Shown here: positions 19,366-29,446 of the stretch, piece by piece
How the letters are laid out: each line of letters starts with the position of its first letter
Numbering within the stretch: position 1 is the stretch's first letter
Assembly: GCA_963828155.1 (NCBI GenBank)
Contig: CAWHDQ010000001.1
Location: 643,684-707,683 of the forward strand
From: an uncultured Planctomycetaceae bacterium
GTDB taxonomy: Bacteria > Planctomycetota > Planctomycetia > Pirellulales > PALSA-1355
Direction of reading: 5' to 3'
DNA: 64,000 nucleotides
Position numbers and translations under genes: made by a program
Notes under the pieces: model-generated
Told to the model about the DNA's origin: nothing
Seen by the model: only the letters and a program-made list of their open reading frames with translations
Database searches by the model: none

Positions 19366-19470
19366 AAGGCAGAAGGCAAAAGGCAGAAGGCAGAAGGCAG
19401 AAGGCAGAAGAGGTAAGCACGTCCACTTCGGCCGCGTTAGTCCTTTTGCCTTTTGCCTTCTGCCTTCTTA
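19365..19470. repeat. heptamer (GGCAGAA)n tract plus its inverted complement: long hairpin between convergent genes
   Basis: The left arm (19365-19412) is aaaggcagaaggcaaaaggcagaaggcagaaggcagaaggcagaag. The right arm (19441-19470) is tccttttgccttttgccttctgccttctta, its reverse complement. The element fills the gap between the stop at 19365 (+) and the stop at 19468 (-), so it is probably a bidirectional terminator. Confidence 0.7.
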
Positions 19471-20232
19471 CTTTCCCAGCAGGCTCCCGCCGTCGACGAC
19501 GAGCACTTGCCCGGTGACCAGTGAGCTGCCGGTGGCCAGGCTGAGGATGGCCGCCGCCACGTCGTCGGGCGTGCAGACTTTGCCCAGCGGCGTCCCGCGT
19601 TCGGTGGTCCGCTTGAGCGGCTCGTATTGATCGCCGAAGCCTTGTTGCAGCCAGCGGCTCTCGATGAAGCCGGTGCGCGACCGCATTCACGCGAATCTCC
19701 GGGGCCAGCGTCCGGGCTAAGGCCCAAGTGAGGTTGTTCAGCGCGGCCTTCGACGCGGCATAGGGGATCGAGCTGCCCCGGCCGCTGAACGCGGCGACGC
19801 TGGTCACATTGATGATCTGCCCGCCGCCGCCGGCCAGCATCGGCTCGCGGACCGCCCGGCGCAGTGGAACGGTCCGACGACGTTCACCTGCATGATCCGC
19901 TGCCAATCGTCATCGGTCACCGCTTCCAGCTCGGGCGCCGCGATGAAGCGGGTTGTGCCGGCATTGTTGACCAGCAAGTCGATCCGGCCGAATTCCTGCT
20001 GCGCCCGGGCAACCATCTTCCGCGCGGCTGCGTCGTCGCCGACGTCGGCCTGATGGGCAATCGCTCGGCCGCCCGCGGTCAGGATGTCGGCCACGGTTTG
20101 ATCGGCATCATCGCGCGAGCGGGAGTAGTTGACCAGCACGGCGCAGCCGAGCTTGGCCAGCTGGAGTGAGGTCGCCCGGCCCACGCCGGTGCCGCCGCCG
20201 GTGACGATGGCGGCCTGGAGAGTCGATGGCAT
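19468..20232 (-). CDS. short-chain dehydrogenase/reductase (FabG-like), two frame disruptions
   Basis: I joined ORF 19804..20232 ([14 protein letters not shown]...LVNNAG), ORF 19277..19906 (..[30 protein letters not shown]..) and ORF 19468..19686 (..[37 protein letters not shown]). TGxxxGxG, NNAG and YxxxK are all present. The junctions are at about 19868 and 19680. Confidence 0.8.
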
Positions 20233-20354
20233 GCGAGTGCGAGAATCCGTCGGGCTGCTGGGACCAAGAAAGGTCCCATCTTAGCCAGACCGCCGCCCGC
20301 TGGAAACCGCTGGACCGGTGCCGTCGGACAACGCCTCCGGATGGCGCTGCGGCC

Positions 20355-21566
20355 CTACCGTACGCGGCACTTGAATTTGACCAGGCCGCCGACGTTGGCC
20401 GGCAAGGGCTCGGTGAAGTCCCACCGTACGAGCGACGAATCGCCTTCGTTCGGCTGGACCGAGAATTCGGCCTCGCGGCTGCTTTCGGCGCTGCCTTCGA
20501 CGTACTCCAACCGGGTGGTCAGGTTGTCGAGCAGCGTGACGTTGCCGATCTTCTGATCGCCGATGTTATCGAAGCGAATCGTGAATTCGACAATCTCCCC
20601 CGGCCGGGCCATGTTGGTCGAAGCGATCTTGATGACCCGCAGCTTCGGATGGTTGGGCGTGTCGATGGTGAACGTGACCTGGGCCCGTTGATCGCCAATC
20701 TCGACGTGGGCCGTTTGCTTGTCGATGACCGCCTGGACTGCCTGATCGTGCGACCAGGTGATCGCCGCCTGCACGCTTTCGGCCAGCCGAGCTTTTTCCG
20801 ACTGCGTGATCATGCCAGTCCGCATGACCTCGAAGTCCTCGAACGGCATCAGGCTGCCGGCCAGTTCCTTCGGCCGCAGCACGTTGCTGGCCACACCTTC
20901 GGCCTGCTTGAGCCGCTCGACGCTGACGAACTTCGTGCCGATCTCGCCCACCGGCTGCACCGGCTGCAGCGCCGTGCCGGGCGTCTGTTCTTCCTCGTGC
21001 TGAATCGGCATGACCGGCTGCGCCACCAGCAGCAGGCCCTCGGGCTTGTGACTGGCGACCGCGGCCGTTACCTGCCGCACCGCGCCGAAGCGGGGCGAAT
21101 AGATCACCACCCGATTGCTCGGCTCGACGATCGTCCGGCCGTCGATCGTGTCGTAGTGCACGACCGTGTCCTCGGGCTCGAGCCGCCTCGACCTGGCCGT
21201 CGGAGCCGACGAGCACCGGATAATGCTCGCCGCCGTCCCAGAGATATTCATCCTCGGGCCAGGGTCCGGCGATGCCCGGCGGCTTCCAGGGCGTGACGAT
21301 GCCTTGCGGCAGCGGGAGGCCCGGGTAAGGCGTGGGCCCCATCGGCGTGGCCCCGGTGAACGGGGCGGCGTTTTGCGCCCCCACCCGGCTTCGGCCGGCA
21401 TCATGCTGGGCGCGACTTGGCCGGCGCCCGGCGGGCAGCCGTTCGGATTGCGGCTGTGCAGGCCACGGCAGGAGCACAGCGAGAGCGACACGAATGCCGC
21501 CGCCAACAGTGCTGCAGCCTGTTTGGCGCCAATGCAAGTCGCAGCGTTAGGCAGTTGCCGGCTCAT
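20355..21566 (-). CDS. lipoprotein with C-terminal DUF11 (conserved repeat) domain, two frame disruptions
   Basis: The ATG at 21566 overlaps the upstream stop (ATGA). The N-terminus is MSRQLPNAATCIGAKQAAALLAAAFVSLSLCSC. The middle reads ..PWPEDEYLWDGGEHYPVLVGSDGQVEGLEPEDTVVHYDTIDGRTIVEPSNRVVIYSPRFGAVRQV... The C-terminal part, GEIVEFTIRFDNIGDQKIGNVTLLDNLTTRLEYVEGS..., matches DUF11. The junctions are at about 21365 and 21180. Confidence 0.7.
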   Translation of the reverse strand: MSRQLPNAATCIGAKQAAALLAAAFVSLSLCSCRGLHSRNPNGCPPGAGQVAPSMMPAEAGWGRKTPPRSPGPRRWGPRLTRASRCRKASSRPGSRRASPDPGPRMNISGTAASIIRCSSAPTARSRRLEPEDTVVHYDTIDGRTIVEPSNRVVIYSPRFGAVRQVTAAVASHKPEGLLLVAQPVMPIQHEEEQTPGTALQPVQPVGEIGTKFVSVERLKQAEGVASNVLRPKELAGSLMPFEDFEVMRTGMITQSEKARLAESVQAAITWSHDQAVQAVIDKQTAHVEIGDQRAQVTFTIDTPNHPKLRVIKIASTNMARPGEIVEFTIRFDNIGDQKIGNVTLLDNLTTRLEYVEGSAESSREAEFSVQPNEGDSSLVRWDFTEPLPANVGGLVKFKCRVR

Positions 21567-22502
21567 TGTGCCACCTCGATCGGCCGGGCCTGCAGCGCCG
21601 GCTGCGGCAGTGGCTCGCGGGGCACCGAGGCCGTGAACGCCGCCTCGACAGCTCGACCACTTGGGGCGGTCGCGAGCGACTTGAGTCGTTTGCGCGGCCG
21701 GGCTGCGGCTGCCGATTGCCCTTCGGCTTCGGCAGGTCCAGGCGGCGCTTGGGGAGCTCGCACCGGCGGCTGCACTACGGGCCGCTCGACCGCCGGCTGT
21801 TGGAAGCGGACCCAGGGGGCGATCCGTACAGGAACGCCGCATCCGGGCCATTCTCTTCAGGCACCCGGCCGCCCAAGCGCAAGATGGCCATCGGCCGGCC
21901 CAGCCGGTCGGCCACTTCCAGCGGGTTGTCGTGAACCGCGGCCTCGAAGTAGGTTTGCTCCTGGGGATCTTCGGCGACCGGAGAGGCGTTCAGCGGGTCT
22001 TCCAAGTAGATCACCCGAGTCACGAACTTGCCGGCCAAGGCCAGATCGATTTCCTCGCGAGTCAGCTCGATCGGAATCGGGAACCGGCCCTCGGCGCCGA
22101 TCGGCGGATAGAGCCGGTCGACCACTTCGATCGTGGGAAAGACTTCCAGCCCCTCGCGCTGCGGAATGTTGGTCACGCGGAGCCGGTAGACGGCCCCGAT
22201 CAACATGCCGGCCGTCACGACGTCGCCCTGGGGCGGCTGAAAAGCCCCATGAGCGGCCAGCGAGACCAGGGCGCCCTGGGCGCCTTGATCTCGACCGGCT
22301 GGAAATATCCTGGCAATGGTCCGCCCCGCAGGAGTTGCTGGCTTCCAATCGCTCCCGGTGGCATTGCCCCAGCGTGCAGATAATGAACCGGGGGTTCCGC
22401 GGCCGCGGCAATCACCGCGAGCGAGGCGATCCACCCGGCCAAGAGCACGCCGCCGGCAACTCGTTTCGGCCGCCAGGCCGAACTGCGGAGCTGAGGGACC
22501 AT
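21563..22502 (-). CDS. secreted/anchored hypothetical protein, paralogue of 22631..23823, two frame disruptions
   Basis: I joined pieces of ORFs 22215..22544, 21775..22737 and 21563..21775. The N-terminus is MVPQLRSSAWRPKRVAGGVLLAGWIASLAVIAAAAEPP. The shared core is AVYRLRVTNIPQREGLEVFPTIEVVDRL..PIELTREEIDLALAGKFVTRVIYLEDP. Confidence 0.6.
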
Positions 22503-22630
22503 TGTCATGGAGTCGTAGGGAAAGACGAGAGAAGTTCGAGACAAACCCGCTCCGAAGCCTGGTGGCGGCCTGCGCGGCGGGGAGGTTGAGTCCCCGCCGC
22601 GCCGAGCCGCTCTTGGCCCCGGCTACTTCG

Positions 22631-23823
22631 CTACTGAGCAACTCCGTCTTCGCAGACCGCTCCGCCCGGCGGACATTCCGCCGCGTCGCCCTCGTGGCGA
22701 TCGCTCTTGGGCTGGTGGAACCAGGTCGGCGGAGCATAGCTGCGTTCGGTGATCTGCACGTGGTTGACGGGTTGCGGATAGCTGAAGCCCGGCTCTTGTT
22801 TCACGTCCATCCGGAAGTGCTTCGTCGGACCGGGGATCTTGCTGTGCGTGTGGTTCACGATCGAGTGCCGCTGCAGGCCGGCCGGAATCCCCATCGGGAT
22901 GTGCGGCGGACCGGGCAGGCCGATCGGCGTGCCGACCGACGGCATGCCGTACTGCGGAGCCGTCAGACCCGCCACGAACTGCGGCGGAATGCCGGCCGGC
23001 AGAGCGGTGCCCCCGGCCATCATCGCCGGACCCATCGGCAGCGGACAGGCACCGCCGCCGGCACCGTAGTAACCGGCCTGGATGCCGGCCCCTTCGATGC
23101 CCGTGGCCTGGGCGCCGGAATCTCCAGGTCCTTGTTACCGATGCGGATGATCGCCAGGATCGTGCCGCGGCGGTCGGCTTCGACGATCGGGTCGACGCCC
23201 GGATCAAGCCGGGTGCTGACCAGGGTCTCGACGCCGGCCAGGGCCAGTTCCTGGAACTCGGCATCCGGCAGGTAGATGACCTTGGTCACGAAGTTGCCCG
23301 AGAGCACCTGGTCCAGGTCCTCTTCGGTGAACTGCACCGGAATGGCGTTGTGGGCCAGATAGGCGTCGGTCCGCGGAGTCGAGGGAGCCACTTCCAAAGT
23401 AGGATACAGCTCCACGCCCGGGCGTCCCGGCACGTTGGTCAGCTTCAGCCGATAGATCGCGCCCTGCGGAAAGTTGTAGCGGGCCGGAGCGATCAGCGGT
23501 TCGGAGTCGAACGCGCCGGGCATCGTCACGTCCCAGCTCACGGCGATGCCGTCGGGGCCGACGAAGGCGATCTGCGACATCTGGGGCGGAGCCGGAATGT
23601 TGACGTTGCCCATCATCACGCCCGGACCGGGGCCACCCACGCCGGGGCCCGGCTCCATGATCCGCTCAGCCGGTGGCAGGTTGTTCGAATGGGTCAGCTC
23701 GCCGGCCGGCGGAAGGATCGTCGACTGGCGATTGAGGTGCTGACCGTAGGGCGGATGGAGAAAGCAGCCGCTAGCTACCGTCAGCGACGCCCCGAGCAGC
23801 GATAGTGCCAAAACCTTTTTCAT
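22631..23823 (-). CDS. lipoprotein, paralogue of 21563..22502, one frame disruption
   Basis: I joined ORFs 23020..23823 and 22631..23035, with the junction at about 23110. [20 protein letters not shown] is a lipobox. The shared core is [54 protein letters not shown]. The C-terminal half is Gly/Pro/Met-rich. Confidence 0.65.
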
Positions 23824-24146
23824 AGCTCCCCCCTGAGGCTCTCATGCACGACCCACAGCGGGCCAGGACCCGCGGTCCAGCCTGCGCTCGAGATCGCTCG
23901 TTTTCCTGCGTTTGGCCCGGGCTTTCAGGGCCCGCAGCGTTGAATGACATGGACCGCCAGGCGGCGGGCACTTAGAATCCCGCCCGCTTTGTGGGCCAGA
24001 GACTCACCAATCGTTCCGGCCGTCCCGCATGCCGGGAGCGGCCGGCTTGGACGAATGTCCGCGCATTCGGCGCGAGCTTCGCCCTGTGAAGTATTTGGTC
24101 GGCCTCGTACAACGCGTTTCTTTGGCAAATCCGGCAAAACCCGAAT

Positions 24147-25601
24147 ATGAAGACCAGCTTGCCAGTCTTGCCCGCGTTCGCGCTGCGGCTGGTCTTGATC
24201 GCCGGCTGGCTGATTGGCTCGCGCAGGCGCAACTGCCGATCCGAACGGCAGATCAAGCGATCCATTGCCTGGGGCTGCTGCGGTGCAAGCAGCGCCGGCG
24301 CAACCGGGCCCCGGCGAAGCGTCGGGCACGATAGACGGCGCTGCGGCGCGTTCGAGCCGTCAGACGGCGGCCCCGCGCTCGGCCAGTGGGCGCAGCCCGG
24401 CCCTGGGCAAACCCCGCCAGCCGTTGGCAAATCACTCGAGCGCCGGACCGCAGCCAGCAGGTTCCGCGAAAGCGCAACCGCCGCGGCAGCCGACAACGCT
24501 TCCACCAGGTGCGGGCCTCAGTCGTTCCGGGGGGCAATTGAGTTCAGCGCAAGCGGGCCGTCCGCCGGCGGCGATGCCTCGGCATCCGGCCAATAGTTAT
24601 CCACCGCAGCGCCTTGGCCGCCCGGCCGACATCGCCCGCCGCCGGCGCACAAGGCGGCGCAACGCTGGTCCGGACGTCGAATGTGGCGGGAGGAAGTCCA
24701 GCGGTCCGCCCGCCGGGCGACCGCTCTGGCGCTGGCGGTGGGCCCGACGTCAATCTGCTCCTCTCGAGCGCGATCTCGGCCGCGGCTGCTCCGCCGACAT
24801 TGACCGCCAAGATTCGCCAGCGGATCAACCTGTTCGGTCAGCAACTGGTCGGCACCGGGATGTACTGGCAACAAGGCCGAGCCGAGGGCTGCCGCTTCCG
24901 CCTCGAGCTCGAAAGTCCAACTAGGGGATGGCCTGGCCACCGTCGAACAGGTGTCCAACGGCGCGGAGCTCTGGATTCACGAAGACTTGCTCGACCGGCC
25001 GACGCTGGCCCGGATCGACCTGTACCGCGTTCGAGCCGCCTTGAACCGGCATCCCTCGGTCCAGGCCGCGCCGGCCTATTCGTTGAACCTGCCGATCGGC
25101 GGATTGCCGCAGATGCTGGCGAACCTGGCGACATCGTTCCAGTTTGCCCGGATCGAAGAAAAGCGGCTCGATGCGCTGCCCGTCTATCGGATCGAGGGAA
25201 CCTGGAAGCCCGCGGCCCTGGCCGAAATGATTCCCGAGCGGCGGGAAGCCATCCTGGCCGGGGGCGATCCTCTCTGGAAGAAGGTGCCGGACGAGATTCC
25301 CCAGCGAGTCGCGATCACGCTGGGCCAGGAGGACCTGTTTCCCTATCGTATCGAATACCTCCGCGAGCTGCCGGGCAAGAAGGGCGCGCCGGGCACGCTC
25401 CACCCGCTGCTGGTCGTGGAGTGGTTCGAAGTGCAAGCCGGTGCGCCGATCGATCCGCAGCGCTTCGTATACCGGCCGGGCAATCTGCGCGTTACCGACG
25501 AGACGGCCGCCTATCTGAAGCGGCTGGGCGTCGAAGAGCCGATCGCCGAGGACGCCCGGCGGCTCGAACCGCCGGATTCGGTCGGCACGTTTCACCGCTA
25601 A
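24147..25601 (+). CDS. secreted hypothetical protein; only the C-terminal ~270 aa are well supported, and the N-terminal half is low-complexity and frame-broken
   Basis: The robust part runs from about 24780 to 25601: ..TAKIRQRINLFGQQLVGTGMYWQQGRAEGCRFRLEL / ..SNGAELWIHEDLLDRPTLARIDLYRV...VYRIEGTWKP...LFPYRIEYLRELPG... The junction is at about 24915. A signal-like MKTSLPVLPAFALRLVLIAGWLIG at 24147 is the only plausible upstream start. The Ala/Pro/Gly-rich stretch between them cannot be phased confidently. Confidence 0.4.
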
Positions 25602-25663
25602 GAGGCGTGATCGCCCCGCCCCTCCTTACGCGTCGTTCTTCGCCCCGGCGAAGTGCCAAAGGA

Positions 25664-26906
25664 TCAGCGCTGCGGTTCGCTGAACAAGCGGACCAGGTTG
25701 TCGGATACCAGCGAGAGGGCTGCAAAAATTCCAAAGGGCACCAAATGCTCCGGCGTCGGTGCAAAGAACAAGAGCAGTGAGGCGCAGGCTGAGAAAGCCA
25801 GCGAAATGCCGTAGAGATCGTGCCACGTCAACGCGGTAGATCTTGCCACCCAACTATTCAGGAACGTCGTACACGATCCGAGCAGCAGCAATAAGAATGT
25901 TGGCAGTGGAAACAAGGCGAGGAGCGAGAAACCCGCATGTACGGCGAGCACCCACAGGGTTGCCGGCGTGTGCAAGAGCGGCTCGTACCAAGCGGCGCCG
26001 ATCGTCCGCCGCTTGACCCACAAGGCGGCTGCTGTCGCCAACACGTCGAACGATGCCGGGAGTACGAGCAGGTTGACGACCACCTCGCCGAACCCGATCG
26101 CCTGCCAGCCCCCGTTGCCCTGCCGGCCTGGAAACGCCCACCAAATCGCCATGTAGGCGACCGCCAGGCCCATGAACGCACCCCAGATCGCCTTGGGATG
26201 CCAGCGCCACCAGCGCACCACCAGCGGGGCGATCCAGCGGAAGGGCGGCAATTGCTGGCCCAAGGCCAGGGTCAGCTTATCAGGGTCGTTTTTGCGAATC
26301 GGATCGAGCCGCCGGGCTTCGAGCAGGTGTTCGACCGCGGCTCGGCTCTCGCCAGCATCCAACAGCAGCGCACCCCGGGCATGATGGCTGTCGGCGTTTT
26401 CGGGGTCGAGCGCTACGCGCCGCGTCGAATGCCTGCCGGGCTTCCGCCGCTCGATCGAGCGCTTGCAGGGCCCTCCCCTTGAGGTTGAGCAGGCCGGCCC
26501 GCTCGGGACTCGACGCCAACGCCACTTCTAACTTCTCCAGGCAGAGATAGAACTGCCGCTTGTCGTACAGGATTGCTGCCCAGGTCCAAAGGTACGTCGA
26601 ATGCGTCGGAGACATCCGGACGGCTTCTTCAATCGACCGGAGCCCCTCCTCCTGCCGACCCGCGGGAAGCAGCACCAGGCTTTGAGCATAGAACACGTAC
26701 GGCTCGGACGGGTCGCAGTCGATCGCCCGGGCAACCTCTTCCTGGGCTTCAGCGAGCTCGCCCGATTCCTCCAGTGCCAGACCCAACATGGCGTGCGCGA
26801 TCGCGTTGTCGGGCTCGGACGCCAAGACCTCGCGCAGCGCCTGCTCGGCATCGGCCCAGCGATGCATTTCGAACAACAGGTTCGCTCGTCGCAGCGAATC
26901 GTTCAT
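25664..26906 (-). CDS. TPR-repeat protein fused to a C-terminal multi-pass membrane domain, one frame disruption
   Basis: I joined ORF 26280..26990 (start MNDSLRRANLLFEMHRWADAEQALREVLASEPDNAIAHAMLGLAL.., several TPRs) with ORF 25664..26362 (..LLDAGESRAAVEHLLEARRLDP.., then about 6 hydrophobic helices). The junction is at about 26420. Confidence 0.7.
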
Positions 26907-27128
26907 GGACAAAAGGTCGTGGGCTTGGGCCTGCCACCCCAGCTGGGCGACAACAGACCCAAAGAATAGGCGGCCGCGGCCGGATTGCAATCGCCGGGGC
27001 CAGGCGACCGCTCCATCCTGCCGAGAGGTCCAGGCCGGATCGGCGACGTGCTTTACTTGGCTCCCGCGGAGAAGGACAATGCTGAAGCCCGCTGTGTTCG
27101 CCCCACCGCTCCTTCGGATCGCACCTCG

Positions 27129-28321
27129 ATGCCCTGCCCCCTGCTCCGCTCCACCGTCGCGCTTCCGTTGGTCTTGATCGCTGCGCTCACCTGCCAGCGG
27201 CCTGCTTGTGCCGACGAACCCAATCGCTTGACCGACGCCGAGCTGGCCGACGGTTGGATTTTGCTGTTCGACGGCGAGACCATGTTCGGCTGGGAGGCGG
27301 CCAGCAAAGCCAATTGGAAGGTCGCCGATGGGATCATCTCGGTGAGCGAAGGCGACCCCGGCCTGCTCTGCACGACCAGCTCATTCGGCGACTATGTGCT
27401 CAAGGTCGATTTCCGCAACCCGCGGGGAACCAACAGCGGCGTCTTTCTGCGCACCGCCCGCGTGCCCAAGGATCCCACCGCCGATTGCTACGAGCTGAAC
27501 ATCGCCGACCGCATGGTCAGCCCGTTTCCCACGGGCAGCTTCGTGGGTCGGCAGAAAACCGATGGCGATTACGACAGCACCGACTGGCAAAGCTACGAAG
27601 TGACGGCCGTGGGCGGGCATTTCGTCGTCAAGCTCGGCGGCCGGACCGTGCTCGACTACACCGATCCCAAACCGCTGGCGAGCGGGCCGATCGGCCTGCA
27701 GCTCAACAAGGGGGCCGTCGAGTTCCGCAACATCAAGCTCAAGCCGCTGGGCCTGGAACCGCTGCTCAACGGCAAAGACCTGACCGGCTGGAACGTCTAT
27801 CCCGACAAGAAGAGTGTCTTTTCAGTCACTCCGGCCGGCGAGCTGCACGTCGAGGGGGGCGACGGCCAGTTGGAAAGCCAGCGACAACTGGGCGATTTCG
27901 TGCTCCAGCTGGAGATTTTTTCCGGCGGCGAGCATCTCAACTCAGGCATCTTTTTTCGTTCGATCCCAGGCCAGTTCTGGCAGGGTTACGAATGCCAGAT
28001 CCAGAACGGCTACAAGAATGGCGACCGCAGCCAGCCGCTCGATTGCGGCACGGGCGGATTCTATCGCCGGCAGAACGCCCGGCGGGTCCTGGCCGACGAC
28101 TTTGCCTGGTTCCCGCTGACGCTGATCGTCTCGGGCGACCACATGGCGGCCTGGGTTCGCGGCTACCAGGTGAGCGACTGGACCGACCCTCGCGCCCGGA
28201 CGAAAACCCGCGCAAGGGCAAGCGGCTGTCGCCGGGCACGCTTTCGATCCAGGGACACGACGCGACGACCAACCTGTCGTTCCGCAAGCTCCAGGCCGCA
28301 GAGATTCCGCCGCGGGAATGA
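27129..28321 (+). CDS. secreted tandem DUF1080 (3-keto-disaccharide hydrolase-like) protein, one frame disruption
   Basis: An ATG at 27129 gives the signal MPCPLLRSTVALPLVLIAALTCQRPACA. There are two DUF1080 units (..NSGVFLRTA..YELNIAD..GPIGLQLNKGAVEFRNIKL and ..NSGIFFRS..GYECQIQN..). The C-terminus is restored in the frame of ORF 27206..28321 (..GTLSIQGHDATTNLSFRKLQ), with the junction at about 28195. Confidence 0.8.
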
Positions 28322-28703
28322 CGCGCGACCGCCCCGAATTCTTTGACATCACCCCCTGTCGGCGGTATTCTGACGGGCGTAAGGCACGTCCGACTCGCTT
28401 TCTGCTGACGCACTTCTGCTGAGTTCGAGCCCAGGCATCTATTGGGCCGCCCGCCCGGGCGCGAGTGGCCCTTGTTTTGGATCGGTTTTGCCCGCGCCAT
28501 GTCGTGCTCGGCAAACGGCGCTTGCGGTCTAGCCACACCCCGCTGACCGCGAGCCGTCCTGCTCGCCGCGCGCTTCTTGTCGCACCAGGCCGGTCCGAGG
28601 ATCGTAGTTTCGCCCCCAGCGCCGGGATTCCTCCAGGCCCTACCGCCCAGCGCAGCGGTGCGGCTTGCTCGTTACCCCACCATTCGCGACAAGGAACACG
28701 ACC

Positions 28704-29145
28704 ATGCTGCTGCAAGAGATTCTGGCCGTCAAAGGGAGGCGCGGTTTACACGATCGACGCCCAGGCCACGTTGGACGAGGTCGTCGATACGCTGGTCCGC
28801 CACAATTGCGGTTCGCTCGTGGTCTGCGAGGCGGCCGATCGAGCGCGGGGTCGACTGCTGGGAATCATCACCGAGCGCGACCTGCTCAAGGCGGCGGCTC
28901 ACGCCCGCGGCGCCTTCGGCCAGCTGCGGGTGGTCGACGTCATGAGCCAGGATGTACACGTGGGTTCGCCCAGCGACACCGTTGAAGACACGATGGGGCT
29001 GATGACCCGGCACCGCGTGCGACATTTGCCGATCCTCCACGACGACCGGCTGGTCGGGATCATCTCGATCGGCGACGTGGTCAAATCGCAGTACGACCAG
29101 CTGGCCTTCGAGAACCACTTCCTCAAGAGCTACATCAACAGCTGA
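28704..29145 (+). CDS. CBS-pair domain protein, one frame disruption
   Basis: MLLQEILAVKG (frame of ORF 28665) joins GAVYTIDAQATLDEVVDTLVRHNCGSLVV...HRVRHLPILHDDRLVGIISIGDVV (ORF 28465..29145). The break is at the AAA run 28731-28733. Confidence 0.8.
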
Positions 29146-29168
29146 GGAGTTCTGCGGAACAGATACAG

Positions 29169-29436
29169 CGAGACGACGAAGAGCGGAAGATTGGCCACGA
29201 AAAACACGAAAAGGCATCAAAAGACGAAGGGGAGAAAGACGGGGAAGAATTAGCTTCTGTCCCGCGTCAGGGAAAGTGGATCGATAAGGGAGACCGAGCT
29301 ACCAGTTAAGTGTGCCGGGCCCATTCTTCCGACGGCAAACGCTCCGAGGCTCGCTACCTCAAGGCCGGCAGCGATTGCTCTCCCCCGGCCTCACCTTTTT
29401 GTGGTTTTTGTGGCCCATCTTCTTGTTCTTCGTCTC
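29169..29436. repeat. ~47-bp imperfect inverted repeats flanking a ~170-bp spacer (MITE/REP-like) between convergent genes
   Basis: The left arm (29169-29215) is cgagacgacgaagagcggaagattggccacgaaaaacacgaaaaggc. The right arm (29389-29436) is gcctcacctttttgtggtttttgtggcccatcttcttgttcttcgtctc. The reverse complement of the right arm aligns to the left arm at roughly 80% identity. Track ORFs over the element give the FRVFRG / FLWFLWPIF-type peptides typical of such repeats. Confidence 0.65.
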
Positions 29437-29446
29437 TTCGTGTGCG

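Noticed and set aside
19368-19412. Tandem short repeats that might be taken for a CRISPR array or a coding heptad.
   Set aside because: The units are 7 bp with no spacers, the complementary units follow immediately, and no cas genes are present. This is a microsatellite hairpin.
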